Of a stretch of DNA of 64,000 bases, positions 27,938-45,509 are shown piece after piece. Origin of the DNA: the human T2T-CHM13v2.0 reference genome, Homo sapiens; the NCBI RefSeq assembly GCF_009914755.1, contig NC_060936.1; one strand, 5' to 3'. The notes beneath the pieces are model-generated. The model saw only the letters and a program-made list of their open reading frames with translations. It did no database searches and had not been told where the DNA came from. Every line of letters begins with the position of its first letter. Within the stretch, counting starts at the first letter, position 1. The position numbers were made by a program, and so were the translations under genes.

Positions 27938-30395
27938 TATAATTTATTTTACCCAAAATAAAATGACTCAAATATATTAGAGAATGAAATAGATTCTAAA
28001 ATATCTCCACTTTGTATGGCTACCAATTAAAATATTCTCTTTGTATCCTTCAGTTTTTCATGACTGCTATCGTATTTCCCCTTATTTGAAACAAAGTTGT
28101 CTTTATGACTTATTTTTCTAATTAAGGCTAGATATTTTCTGTTATTAGGTTGAACCATACATTACCTTTTTCAACTACTTTTACCTACAAAAATGGACAC
28201 TTCATATAAATGAATCTAAAAACTTGCTCAAAATTCATATTAAAAAGAGGAGACGCACTCAATGAAATTATAATTATTCCATTACTGTAATACTTTCCTG
28301 ATAGAATACAAAATATAAACAGTTTATACCACTATCAAACTCCAAAGAAAAGTAATCATTCCCAAGAGAAAATATTCACAATACTACATTTAATTAGAAA
28401 ATTAGAAAAACTGTATGGTACCAATTTCATTTACACATAAAACATCTAAAACTCTTTCAGACTTCAGTATTTTTATTTCTTTGTTCTCTCCATATGATGA
28501 CTGTTTTCCTAATTTTCTAACTTAAATGTAGTGTTTCTGTAATTTTAAAAATATCTAAAAATAATTCAATCTTTGCTTAACTCTTTACCAAAAAATACTT
28601 AAGATATTAATTTACACATGCAATCTAAAGCAACTATCCCAAAATTTAAATGCCCTACTCCTTTTTGTTAACTCAGTAACAAAGCCCATGAAAAATAACA
28701 CAATAATTTAATAAGCTATTTCTAAGAACACTGACGATTTTCTCCGTTGGCATAGATAAATAAATTTATTCTATATTATCAACTAAATAACCCTCATTAG
28801 CAGTTGGGTTTGGTTTCCTCATCATTACAAAATTATATGTACCACACTAACAAAGAGCAGACCAAAAAGCTAAAACGTAAGAGATTAATACAGAGAAACA
28901 GAAGATGACAGTCAGAAACAATCATGAAAGATAAGAAAGACACTTTTTAAAAAGCTTTATACCTCTCTACTACATAGGGAAAAAAAGTAAAAATATGTTT
29001 TCATATTTTAATGGACAAACAAAAATGTTGTAATTATCTTCTAGGTGACATCTTATTTTTAAAATTCTGATAAACAGAATCCAGATGTTCTGAAACTCTA
29101 ATTTTACCTAAGTTAACTGCTAACTACATAGAACAGGCTTTGAGATGAATGTTAAGTTCTGGGACTTTGCTGATTACCCAGCTAAGCAAGCAATGTCACC
29201 CACAATGGTTCTCTTATTTATAGACCAAATACCCTAAAAAATATCAGGATAAAGGTTTGAGCTGAACAGACAAATGGACCATAAAGTAAACAGTTCAATT
29301 AGTCCATTGTGGTTTACCGCCCTCTGGCTGCTGTGGCAGGAGATATCACAGATAAAAAATGGCTGCCAAGAAAAACTAGCAAGGTGTCAAGCAAAAGTTG
29401 GCAGGAAATCCTTCAGGCAAATGTAAAAGCTTTAGAACAGAGCCTCGAACATACATTACAGTTAGTTTTACTCCTTCCTTTAAAAAAAAAAAACATTAAA
29501 AACATCAAGTAACAAAACATTTCAAACACGATCTGAAATTTTTCAGACACAGATTAACACAATATAGTTTGGAGATAATAAAAGATGGTTCTAAGAGACT
29601 AAGTCAAAAAGAGTTAATACCCTAACTAAAGATTAGAATTAGTCTTGCTTGAGAAAATCCCTTTGCATACTAAATAGAAACACTTAGATAAAAAGGTAAA
29701 AATTTTTACCAGAAATTCAAAGACAACTGATAAAAGTTCCTGCTCATAAAACTGTGGTAAATATATAAAGCAGCACAGAAAAATGAAACTCTTACATTAA
29801 TTCAGTTTCCAGATATCAGATGCAATCTGAAGCTAAAAATCAGGCAACACCGGAGCCAATGTTTCCTGGAATCACCAAATTACATGAAAAACAGAAATAA
29901 AAGCAAAAGAAAATTTGCTACACCCAATTCAGACCAGATCCCATATATTCATCTTTCCTCAAAATACTATTCAATGTAATCTCACAATTTTGTCCAATTA
30001 CGCTCAAAACTAAATTTCTGTATCACTCTCCAATTTTCCACCAAAGAGTTCAGCTGGCAGTGAACCATAACAACCACAGTCCAAGGAAAAAAACAGTAAC
30101 TGTTCAATTCACTGTCTTGTTAGTTACTCACAATTCACTATCATTTAAAAACAGTGGATCTTAGCCTGGTTTCCACCCCACCGCACCCAGGAGACACAAT
30201 ACTCTCATTTAACAGCAGCGGTTCACAAGGTTCTGATTCTCAGCATAACTGGAAAAGGACAAGAGTTAGGAAAAAAAAACAGGGATGGGAGGAAGAGGGG
30301 TGAGAATGTTCCTTTTGAGAGAGACATCCATGAAACACTTAAGATCGTTCTTTTAGACAAGTCTTAATAATCTGTTTGAAATTTATCAATGTTCA

Positions 30396-30731
<336 letters not shown>

Positions 30732-31789
30732 CTAAAAACAGTCTTCCATACAGAAAAGCAATTGTGCTAAAATAAATATTTACACGAAACTTCATATCAT
30801 AAGATTCCTCCCAGTGAAGAATGTATGTCAATCTTCTCGAATTTTAAGGTGGGAGAAAGTTTCTATCAAGATTTCTACATAGCTCTTTACATTAAATACT
30901 AAAATAAAACAAGCTGATAATCATTATTTCCTGTTGAATAATTCAATTTGTCTAAACACTTACTATAAAGTCTCTATGCAGAAAACTATTTTCTATGTTA
31001 TCATTCAATATTCAACTCACAAATTATATTTAGAAATCAAGTAAGATTTTAAAAATAAGTTTGTATATATGAAATAATTTCTTTCAAATAATTTCTTCCC
31101 ATCCACAAGCCACAGTTTAAGTCCTTTTTTAATTAGGGAAGCAGTTAGCATGAAGTACGAGAGTGTTTCATCATGAATGCCAAAAGTCTATTTAGGTAGA
31201 AGCAATTAAGAAAACTGATACAAAGTTATCAGCAATTTATTCATGTTTTTTAACATGTAGCAAACAGAAAAGCTTTGCTTCTATAACAATTCCCTAATGT
31301 AGTTTGGTATTTTATTTTTTACACACATTGTAAAACATGAGAACTTGCAACCAGCAGAGAACAAATACTGTATCTTTGATCCATTACATACGTTTATATT
31401 TCAAGATGTCTTAAATCTTAAGTTAAGAGCTAAACTTCAAAGAGGTTTCAACACAAGCGAAAGCTAAATTTCTTAAAGTTATAAACTACAGCTATATATT
31501 GAAAACTAATAGTAAAACAGATTCATAATTTAATTCTGTACCAAACAGCCCAGGTGGCCCTTGCATTGAATCCTTACTCACGCATCTCCTTCCCCACAAG
31601 GTCAGTTATTTTTGTTAGCAAGTTGTTTGCAAAAATAACATGTACCACTAGGTAGAAAACAGCCATATCTTCTACTAACATAATTGAAACATATTAAAAG
31701 TGCTAAAGCAATCAATCACTATAATGACCACATTTAAGAAAAAGAAAAATCACCTTTCATTTAATCCAAATTAAAAAGGTTTTGCTTCA

Positions 31790-32130
<341 letters not shown>

Positions 32131-33092
32131 GTTTTGCTTCAAAAAAGTTACAAAGATAATATACAAACTAAAAATATCTAAAAATCAGTAACTTATATTT
32201 TAGGCTGAGATACGCAAATCTAAATTTTTAATGAATATGTTTAGTAAAAAGCTGGCACTGGCATCATTTAGGGTTTCCCTATATGTTACTTGGTTTCCTC
32301 TAAATATAAAAGCACTACATGGCCAATATAAAAAGTTCAGAAGTAATACACCATAATCACATTATAATAATCACTAGCATCCTACTGTATATGTCCTTCC
32401 TCTTTTTCTGTACATATACTTTTTAAAGTTGGAACCATATTGCATGATTTATATTTTTCACTTATTTTTATATATTACTAATTATTCTTCAAAATACACT
32501 TTTAATGTTTGCATAATATTCTATTCATTGGAAAAAATATAATTTAGCCATCCCATACCAACTGGACAATCTTCCATTTTATTTCCACTACTGTAATTAC
32601 TATAATTGGTTAACATCCTTGAACACTGTTATTTTCCTGATTATTTCCTTTAAAGAGATTGCTTGATACTGAATTACCAAAGAATATATCAAGACTCATG
32701 ATGAGTGCTACCACGTTACTGTTCAATTAATAGTCTCCCCAATACAAATAGCCACCTCCCAAATTGCATATCTTTTAAAATATCGGCCAATTGAATAGAA
32801 CGGTATGTACTTGTATTAATACATAGTCCTTGTTCTGCTAGGAGGAAATCAGTATGCGGTATCACATCTTTGATCAGATGGGGCCACCATTCCTGGGTTT
32901 GAATCCCAGCTCTGCACTAACTCATTGGTTAAATGAGTCAGTATACATATGAAGCATTTATAAAAGACAGTGTCTGGGACATAGCAAAAACTGTAAATGA
33001 TATTTTCATTATACCACTAGTAGTAGTACTATTTCTTTCACTTTGAGTTGTCTGTTCATACCCTTTGTCCATTTTTCTATCTTACAAGTTCC

Positions 33093-33373
33093 TTTTTTTT
33101 TTTCTGAGATGGAGCCTCGCTCTGTCACCCAGGTTGGAGTGCAGCAGTGCAACACTGGCCTCCCAGGTTCAGGCAATTCTCATGCCTCAGCCTCCTGAGT
33201 AGCTGGGACTACATGCGTGCACCACCACACCTGGCTAATTTTTGTATTTTTAGTAGAAACGGGGTTTCATCATGCTGGCCAGGCTGGTCTCAAACTCCTA
33301 ACCTCAAGCGGTCCACCCACCTCGGCCTCCCAAAGTGCTGGGATTATACAGGTATGAGCCACTGCGCCTGGCC
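33093..33373 (-). mobile_element. AluS
   Basis: Reverse-complement dimer; TSD AAGTTCCTTT. Confidence 0.9.
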
Positions 33374-33502
33374 AAGTTCCTTTGTTTCTTCAAATAAAAG
33401 CAATGTGTATGTTTTAATCAGAAACCCTGACATCAATCTATAAACATCAAAGAAGGAAACAAAAATAAAAAGAAGTTGAAATCCAAAAAGGTAAGCAGAA
33501 GA

Positions 33503-33802
33503 TTTATTTTATTTTTTTTTTTTTTGGAGACGGAGTCTCGCCCTGTCACCCAGGCTGCAGTGCAGTGGCGCGATCTCGGCTCACAGCAAGTTCCGCCTCC
33601 TGGGTTCACACCATTCTCCTGCCTCAGCCTCCCGAGTAGCTGGGACTGACTACAGGCGCCCGCCACCGCGCCCAGCTAATTTTTTGTATTTTTAGTAGAG
33701 ACGGGGGGGTTTCACTGTGGTCTCGATCTCCTGACCTCGTGACCCGCCCACCTCCGCCTCCCAAAGTGCTGGGATTACAGGCGCGAGCCACCACGCCCGG
33801 AC
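33503..33802 (-). mobile_element. AluY (12-bp left-arm deletion, AluYd-like) flanked by 98-bp direct repeats
   Basis: Y diagnostics (GCAAGTTCCGCC, CACACCATTCTCC); TTTCACTGTGGTCTCGATC lacks the usual TTAGCCAGGA segment. Confidence 0.88.
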
Positions 33803-34002
33803 ATCAAGGTGTATGTTTTAATCAGAAACCCTAACATCAATCTTTAAACATCAAAGAAGGAAACAAAAATAAAAAGAAGTTGAAATCCAAAAAGGTAAGC
33901 AGAAGACTAACTTCTTTTATCACCTAAGCTAAAGAAAGTATTCTGTGCCTAAGAGCCTTGTGGATGAGGGAAGAGAAAGAAGGTAATAAAAACACACCAA
34001 TA

Positions 34003-34381
<379 letters not shown>

Positions 34382-35025
34382 TTAAAGTGTTAGAAAATTA
34401 ATATCAGAGCTTTAAACATCAGATGAGTCAGTCCCCATGAAAATCTATGCACGGTAATTTACTCACTACAACACTTTCACCTGTAATATCCGGCAGTAGA
34501 GCAGACAAAATATTTGGCATTGTTTCAGGAGAATGGTTTCCTAATCCTAGTACATCCACTAACTTCCTATCAGTACATCTATGCTCTCAGTGGCAAAGGG
34601 AAGCTGCTACCACCTAATCTGTTTTTTACAAAGTTGTTCTAGCAAGTGATATCTTTCTTACAAATGCAAGTGACACAACAGCAACGCTACAAACTTAAAC
34701 ACCTGGTAACTAATTCAGGTAAAACAGCTCCTTTAAAGTTAAAAACTAAATATCATTATATTGGTCTTCATTGAAAAATGTTACAATGAAACACTAATCA
34801 AGCCTAAAAGAGATAACTAAGTATAAAATGGGTGTTCGAAGATTTAGCTTTAAATTTTGAGTTAATGTTTGGTAAGAGAAAAGACAGCTTAATGATACTG
34901 AAATAGTTTGTCCAAGAAAAAAAATTCCCATCGTGGATGTTTATTCAATTAAGAGTAAAATGTCTTCATAGACCATGATCATATTTATAGTTTAAAAATT
35001 AAGTGCACTCCAAGTTCTTTTGTCT

Positions 35026-35319
35026 TTTTTTTTTTTTTTTTTTTGAGATGGAGTCTTGCTCTGTTGCCCAGGCTGGAGTGAAGTGGTATGATCTTGGCAA
35101 CCTCCCCCTCCCAGGTGCAAGCCATTCTCCTGCCTCAGCCTCCCAAGTAGGTGGGATTACAGGTGCCCGCCACCACACCCGGCTAATTTTTCTATTTTTA
35201 GTAGAGACAGGGTTTCACCATGTTGGCCAGGCTGGGCTCGAACTCCTGACCTCAGGTGATACGCTTGCCTTGGCCTCCCAAAGTGCTGGGATTACAGGCG
35301 TGAGCCATTGTGCCCAGCC
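35026..35319 (-). mobile_element. AluS
   Basis: Reverse-complement dimer. Confidence 0.9.
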
Positions 35320-36247
35320 ATACTGTCTCAATTTCTGACTAACGTTTATCTCTACAACACAAAATTCTTTACCTAATGATTTCAAAATTTTAAAGCAAAC
35401 CTTTAAAATAATTATAGATTCAAAATTATCCCCAAACACAATTATTTCTCACTGTCAAAAAGACAATCCTTAATTAAATCTAAGTTTTAAACTACATGGT
35501 TTCTAAAATATAGAACCAAAACGATGAAATTAAAATATACAAAGAAGGAAACCTATATGCACATTATGTATAATAACCACCAACATCATTATTTACCAAG
35601 CATCTACTTACTACCAGGCACCATACTAGAGTTTTCATATATTATTTCTAATACCGAGCACCATACTAGTGACTTCATATATAATTTATAAACTTCACAA
35701 CAGACAGCTAAAGAAATTAGGACTCAGAAAGGTTGAATAATTCTCCCAGAGCCACACAGGTAGCAAATGGCAGATCCCAAATATAACTAGATTTAAGCTG
35801 TAACTGAATTTAAAGTATAAATTCTTTCCATTCTGCCATGCTGCTTCATAAGGCAAATGGTAAAAATTAGCCCTAGAGGATTATAAAATACTACAAAGAA
35901 ACTGTCATCAACTCAATTTAGCAATGACTAGAGCTCATGGCCATACTTTCTAATTTAAGAAAGTTCATAAATCTTTCTTTAGTCTTCCTGAGGTATTAAG
36001 AAAACTGGTATAAGAGTGCCCACGTATCATCCCATGAATAGACTTTTATTTCACTCAGATAATTATATGCCTTCTTTTACATGTTATCACTATAAGATGG
36101 TATCTACATAAACTAATTCTTAGATAATATGTACAACGAACCAACAAATCACTATTCTGATAGCAAGACAGGCTGGAAGAAAATCTGCTCAGCAATGGCT
36201 GGCATGTGGTATAGGGGTAGTCAGGGTTCTCAGAAAATTGAACTTAA

Positions 36248-36375
36248 CCCATTTATGCAGGAGGATGCAAATTTTTTTGTGAAAAATCAGACCTTGGCAA
36301 TGACCTTGAGCAGTAGGATATAAATAACTCCCACAAGTTTAGTGTTCCAATAATGGAACATTAGGCATAAATGGG
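36248..36375 (-). mobile_element. MER85 piggyBac-family MITE, full length
   Basis: TTAA (36244-47) | CCCATTTATGC...GCATAAATGGG | TTAA (36376-79); internal palindrome GTTCCAATAATGGAAC at 36344-36359. Confidence 0.9.
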
Positions 36376-37299
36376 TTAAGTGGCAGATACTCCCCTGGCC
36401 TAAACAAACAGCTACTACAGTCAGTTCCAAACAGTTCTAATTAAATAGATTACAACAAAACAGGGATAAATGCACTTCCTAACTGACATGAATGTGATTC
36501 AAAGAAAATTTATATTGATTCCTAGTGTCCTATTCTTCACATACAATATACAGGAAATGAGATTATTTATTTGCAGTGACCCACAGCAACTAGATCCCTT
36601 GTGACCAACAGCACATACTTGCAATATGGCTCCTCAGAGTTAAAACCACATTCAGTGGTCAAGGAACACAGTAAAATCAAGAGACGTTGATTAGAATGAA
36701 CCCATGGTGTAGTATCATGGAAAGAACACTGGCTGGAAATTAGGAGGTCTAGGTCCTAAGGCCTGGTTTTTCAACCATTTACCTATGTGATGTTAGGAAA
36801 TCCACTGTACCTCAAGGCACCTCAGATTCAGGACCTATAAAGTGATAGGGTTGACCTAGATACTATAAATCAGTTCAAGTCTCCTGGCCCAGGCTAATTA
36901 CATCCCACTCATAAAAGCAACTTGTAAATGAGATGGAACCCTTATTACCCATCAAGAACAGAAAAGCTGCCAGAAGATAGTCAACATTTCAGGAAACTAT
37001 TGAAAGAGTCCTCAGAAGTACAAACCAATTAGTTTAACGTATCCATCCTGGGCAGGATTCTAGGCTGGTGTATAGAAAAGGCAGCTGTGATCATTTGAGG
37101 CTGACAAGCATGCATTAGGAAATTCCAAGTCGGCCTCACCTCACTTCCTCCAATGATAGGGTTACCACTGCAGTAGAGTAGGTTAATACAGTAAACATAT
37201 TAAGTCACCTCTCAACTCAGAGGAAGGAAAAAAGTCACATGTAATAGAAAACTTCTGTTAAAACATAACTAATCAACTCCCTGTAAAGACAGCAAAATA

Positions 37300-39500
<2,201 letters not shown>

Positions 39501-39503
39501 AGC

Positions 39504-39725
39504 AGGCTGGGCCCTGTGGCTCATGTCTGTAATGCCAGCACTTTAGGAGGCCAAGGCAGAAGGACGACTTGACCTATTTGAGACCAGCCTGGCCAAGACA
39601 GCAAGACCTTGTCTCTATATACAGACTGACAGACACAGCTGAAGCATTGTGGCACACATATGTAGTCCCAGCTACTCAGGAGGCTCAAGCAGAAGGATCA
39701 CCTGAGCTAAGGAGTTAGAGGTGGT
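39504..39725 (+). mobile_element. 3'-truncated, diverged Alu
   Basis: Left arm and part of the right arm, running into a G-rich tract. Confidence 0.8.
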
Positions 39726-39935
39726 GGCGGGCTGGGGAGGGAGGTGGGGAAGGGAGGGACAGGAGGGGAGGGGAGGGAGGTGGGGAGGGGAAGGGAGCGA
39801 GGTGTGGAGGGGAGGGAGAGGAGGGAGGTGGGGAGGTGGGGAGAGGAGGGGAGGGAGGTGGGGAGGTGGGGAGGCGGGAAGAAGAGGGGAGTGGGGAGAG
39901 GAGGGGAGGGAAGGAAGGGAGGGAGGGAGAGAGGA
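39719..39935 (+). repeat. G/A-rich low-complexity repeat ((GGGA)n / GGGAGGTGG units)
   Basis: About 215 bp with more than 20 runs of three or more G. Confidence 0.92.
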
Positions 39936-41561
39936 AATTTTTAAAAGGGCATCTGCTTTGTAGGAGGCAGAAAGAATGAGTTAAACCCTCCTCTTCGATA
40001 GTGGAAGATATAGAATTGAAAAATCTAAAAGTAACTATGACCTCAGTATTTAGAAACATTTAAGTAAGAACCAAGATAATCAACAAAAGAGGGTGAGTGT
40101 TTGCTTCTAAAGAAGGTAAAATAGGGGCAGGAGCAGAATACTGTTCTTATAAACCTTGTAGACCTATCTGATTCTTTAATTGAATTCTGTAAGAGTATAT
40201 AGCTCTGCTTTAAAAAAAAAAAGGAAATTTAAACAAAATTAATCAAAATGGGGTAATAGAATGTAAAGCTACTAATATTGAGAACTCACTTATACTACTT
40301 TATAGACTTATTCTAGACAAATTCCTAAACTGAAGAACAATATCCCATAAATTGTGCTGCAAAAGCCAAAAGGTTATTTAACCATGTGTTAAAATAACGT
40401 GTTGTTGTTGACTGTTTCTTTTCTCCATTTTAGACTATTAAAACCCAGCTGGACAGAGACATCTTTCTAGCTGCATGCTCCATCCCATCTGGCTCTGCTC
40501 AAATTCTTCTCAGCCATAGCTATGTTGCTGGCCAAGGATTCCCTGTGTAGATGGGCTGCTGACGAGACACTGGGCCTCCCATCTGACTGGTTATTTCCAT
40601 GTTATGAGAAATACAATGTGGTATTCCTCCATACAATGAGGTCATATATAAAAGATGCTAACGTATATATATATATACACACACATATGCATATGTGCTG
40701 ATTCATAAATGTTTTCCTCAAGTGTCATTTTCTTTTCACTGCTCAGTTTACCAACATTAACTAAAAAGTATAAAGATTTTTTAAAAGTTGGTTTATAGCG
40801 TAAGTATAAGGGCTCAGAGGTTTTATTTGACAATAAGTTTACTACAATTAAACAATGTGAAGTAGATATTTAAAAGTAGCTGCCATCTTAAGCTACATTA
40901 ATAAAGGTAAGAAATCTTGATCCTATTCAACAGATCTAAATTATCAGTCATTATTCAGTACTGCTTTCAGCTCCTAGCTCCATACTTTAAGAATATAGGT
41001 AAAATGCAACAAATAAAGAGATGAAAGACTAGGCTGGTGAGGAAATCTAAACATGTCATATGGCTAGAGGCTATCTAGCCGCACATTCAATCCTTTCAAG
41101 CAAATTAACACGGCAACAAGAATAAAATAGAAGAATAAAGCCATGTGATAAAAATAACACAGCTGAATGAACTTAATACATAGTTAAAATGATTCTGAAG
41201 TTATTTAGTCTTCTGTTATATGGAAGGCTGATATGTAGAAGATTAATTACATTTGCTCAGCACAGTCCCAAGTGGTATCAACAGAACGAAATGGAAAAAC
41301 TGATGATTAAAGCAACAACAACAGTGAGAGCTCCCTCTAGAAATAAATCCCTGACTGAGAGTTAATCATAGATATGGGGGGTTAAGGAGAAGCTGGTCAA
41401 TACTAGATTAGGACACTGTAGAGTGGCTTCAAATATCAAAGGGCTAATTGAACAATATGACTTAAAGGGTTCCTTTCACACCTGAAATAAGAGTCTCAAG
41501 GATTCCATCCAACAATAAGATTTCATAATTCTAATATCATTTCTATTTCAGTCAACTAACT

Positions 41562-41761
41562 CAAGGGCTAGCAAACTGTGGTCTGGGGGCTAACCACCTG
41601 TTTTTGTAAATAAAGTTTTATCAGTACACAACTGTCCCATTTATTTGCATATTGTCTGTGGCTGCTTTCAAACTACAACCACAGAGTTGCAAGTGGGGCC
41701 ACATGGCCCAGAGCCTGAAACAATTACTCTGGTTCTATAAGAAAAAGTCTGCTGATACCTG
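41562..41761 (+). mobile_element. MER58A hAT-Charlie MITE
   Basis: CAAGGGCTAGCAAACT...CCACCTGTTTTTGTAAATAAAGTTTTAT...GTCTGTGGCTGCTTT...AAAAAGTCTGCTGATACCTG. Confidence 0.75.
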
Positions 41762-43449
41762 AGCTAGGATAACATACACAGACAAATGTGACATTTAAAA
41801 TATAAATAAGCACCAAATTGTTCTCCAACTATAAACAACCAGAAAACTGGACAGAATATATAAAATTACTGTTTTCAGACACTAGACAACAGGGAGTACA
41901 GAGCTAGACTCCCTGAGAGAAGGCATACAAATGAGGTGGGCCCTACAAAGGCCAAGACAGCTGGAATTTGTGGAGACAGATCACCAGAAAGAATATTCAG
42001 GAAAAAAGCTCCAAAGATCTGATAGAGGCTCTTTTGAAACTGTTCCTAAGTACTAGGCTGCACATTCAAACAGTAAAATTCAACAAGGTCAGGCAGAGAA
42101 CTACTGGGAGCTATCACTCCAAGAGTTCACCTAAAGCTGGGAGGCAGTCAAGTTCTGAACAGCCAGAGAGAAAAAACACTGTTAAACACCTTGGGCACTG
42201 AATAATGCCCATAAAATGACCATACCTCATAAGGAGGAAACCAGTGCTAGCATAAAGTCTATTCTAACCCAAGCTAATAATCAAGCCTCAGAAAAAAAGT
42301 ATGCTAATAATAATAGGCTGATCTTATTAACTGCCAGTAACTTAACTACCAGCCAATACAAAATTCAACTCTTTAAAGGAAGGAAATAAAATCCAGACTT
42401 TCAACAACACTCACAATGTCCAGCAACCAATAAAAAATACCAGACATTCAAAAAGTAGAAAAATGGGACTCATGACTGTAAGAAAAGTCACTTAACAGAA
42501 ACAGACCCAGAAATGAAAGTAATGATGAAATTAACAGACAAGCCAATTAAAGCAGCTATTATAAATATGGTCAAGAATTTAAAGAAAAACACAAACATAA
42601 GGACAGAAATGGGGGATTTTTTTAACTAAGTAAAATTTCCACAGCTCAAATATGCAAAATATAAAATGAAAAATTCGCTGTGGGTTTAACAGCAGATTAA
42701 GTACCTACCCAAAAAAAAAAAAAAAAAAAAAAAAAAAGTCAGGGCTTTAAAACATACGATATTAACTATCCAAGCTGAAAAACAAATAATTTGTAAAACA
42801 AAACATAATAAACAAGCCAAAGTGACTTCTGCAGTCAGCACAGTATCAGGCAATCTAACATACACGCCATTAACGTCTCAGAATGTAGGAGAGAAGGGGG
42901 ACAAAAATAATTTCAGAATAAGGACCACACTGTCTCCAAGTTTCATGAAATCAATAAACCTATGATCTAAAGAGTTCAGTGAACCCTAATGCAGCATAAA
43001 CTAAAAAAAAAAAAAAAAAAAAAAAACACACCAAAATACATCAAAATAAAATTTGTAAAAACCAGTGATAAAAAGGAAAATATTACAAGTCGGCAGAGGA
43101 AAAAAAGATACATTACATAAGAAAAAACAAAGATAATATTAACTACAGACTTCTCATCTGAAAATATGCAGGCCAAAAACAATGGAAAAATATGCTCAAA
43201 GAAAAAAACAGTTTCCAAATCTAGACTTTTAGATCAAAGACGAATAGCCCTCAAAAATTAAGGTAATTATTTTTAGATGAACAGAAGCCAACAGACCTGC
43301 AGTAAAATAAATGTAACTAGAATAATTTTTTTTTTTATTTCTTCAGGTACGAGGAACACGACACAAGATAGAAACCTGGATCTACACAAAAGAAGAACAA
43401 TTACCAGGAATAGGTAACATATAAATAAATAAAAAATACTTTTTTTCTC

Positions 43450-43774
<325 letters not shown>

Positions 43775-44274
43775 TCATCTTTAAATTTCTTTAAAGGCTT
43801 ATTAACTGTTTACAGCAAAAATGATAATGCCTTGTGGACTACATGTCAGATATAGAAAGAAGAAAAAAAGTATGACAACAATAGCACAAAGGCCAGAAGG
43901 AGAAAATGGGAGGTTTTTACATTATAAATAAAGAAGTTTAATATTATTTGAAGGTAAGCTGTGGTAAGTAAAAGATGCACATTATAAACCCTTGATCAAT
44001 CCCTAAAAAGTAAAGGAAAGAGGTATATCTAATAAGCCAATTATTGGATAAATAATAAATGGAGCCATAAAAAATACTCAAAATAATCCAAAGTAGGTTT
44101 AAAAAAAAAAAAGGCAGAGGATGAAAGGAACTAAGAACAGATGGGACCAATAGGGAGGAAAACAAAAACAAAAACAAGACAGTGTACTTAAACCCAAGTA
44201 AATCAACATAATTATATTAAATATAAATTCTCTAAATCTTACAATTAGAAGGCAGAGATTCTCATCATGGATCC

Positions 44275-44400
44275 TTTTTTTTTTTTTTTTGTATTTTACT
44301 AGAGATGGGGTTTCACTGTGTTAGCCACGATGGTCTCGATCTCCTGACCTCGTGATCCACCCGCCTCGGTCTCCCAAAGTGCTGGGATTACAGGCGTGAG
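44275..44400 (-). mobile_element. AluY left monomer only, with TSD
   Basis: GGATCCTTTTTTTTTTT direct repeat on both sides; ends at the A-rich linker. Confidence 0.85.
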
Positions 44401-44433
44401 GGATCCTTTTTTTTTTTAAAGTAAGGCCCAACT

Positions 44434-44746
<313 letters not shown>

Positions 44747-45298
44747 TTACCTACAAGAAATGCACCTTACATATAGAAAGACATATTTACGTTGAGAGTG
44801 AAATGACAGAAAAAAGATATACTGTGCAAATTATGAGAGAGCTAAAGGGGCAACATTAATATCAAAGTTGACACCAAGAGAAGTACTATTACTAGGAATA
44901 AGGAAAAAAAACTGTAATGATAAAAATGTCAATTCTTCAAGAAAACATAAAAAAATCTAAAATGTCTAGGCACCTAATAACAGAGCTTCAAAATATATAA
45001 AGGAAAAACATCTGAAAAAGAAAAACAGAAATCCAAAATTATAATTGGAGACTTCAATAGGCCTCCTCTCAGCAATAGAACAAGTAGACATAAAATTAAT
45101 AAGGATATAAAAAACATGAACACTATCAACCAAAATAACCAAATTGACATTTATAAAACATTACACCAACAGCAGCAAAATACTTTTTTTCCAAATGCAC
45201 ATGGAACATTCACTGAGAAAAACCATATGCTAGTCCATAAAACAGTGTTCAAGGAGAAATCTGTGGCTCTAAATATTTGTATGAGAAAGGCATAAAAT

Positions 45299-45509
45299 CC
45301 AGCATGGGCAACATGACAAAACTTTGTCTCTACTAAAAAAAAAAATTAGCCAGGTGTGGTGGCACATGCCTGTGGTCCCAGGTACTCAGGTGTCTGAGGT
45401 GAGAGGATCACTTGAGCCCAGGACACTGAGGTTGCAGTGAGCTGTGATTGCTCCACTGCACATCAGCCTGGGTGACAGAGTGACAATGTGTCTCAAAATA
45501 ATAATAAAA
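45299..45509 (+). mobile_element. 5'-truncated AluJ
   Basis: TSD GGCATAAAATC. Confidence 0.85.

Noticed and set aside
39715-40059. Pro/Ser-rich and Gly/Arg-rich ORFs
   Set aside because: Translations of the G/A low-complexity repeat.
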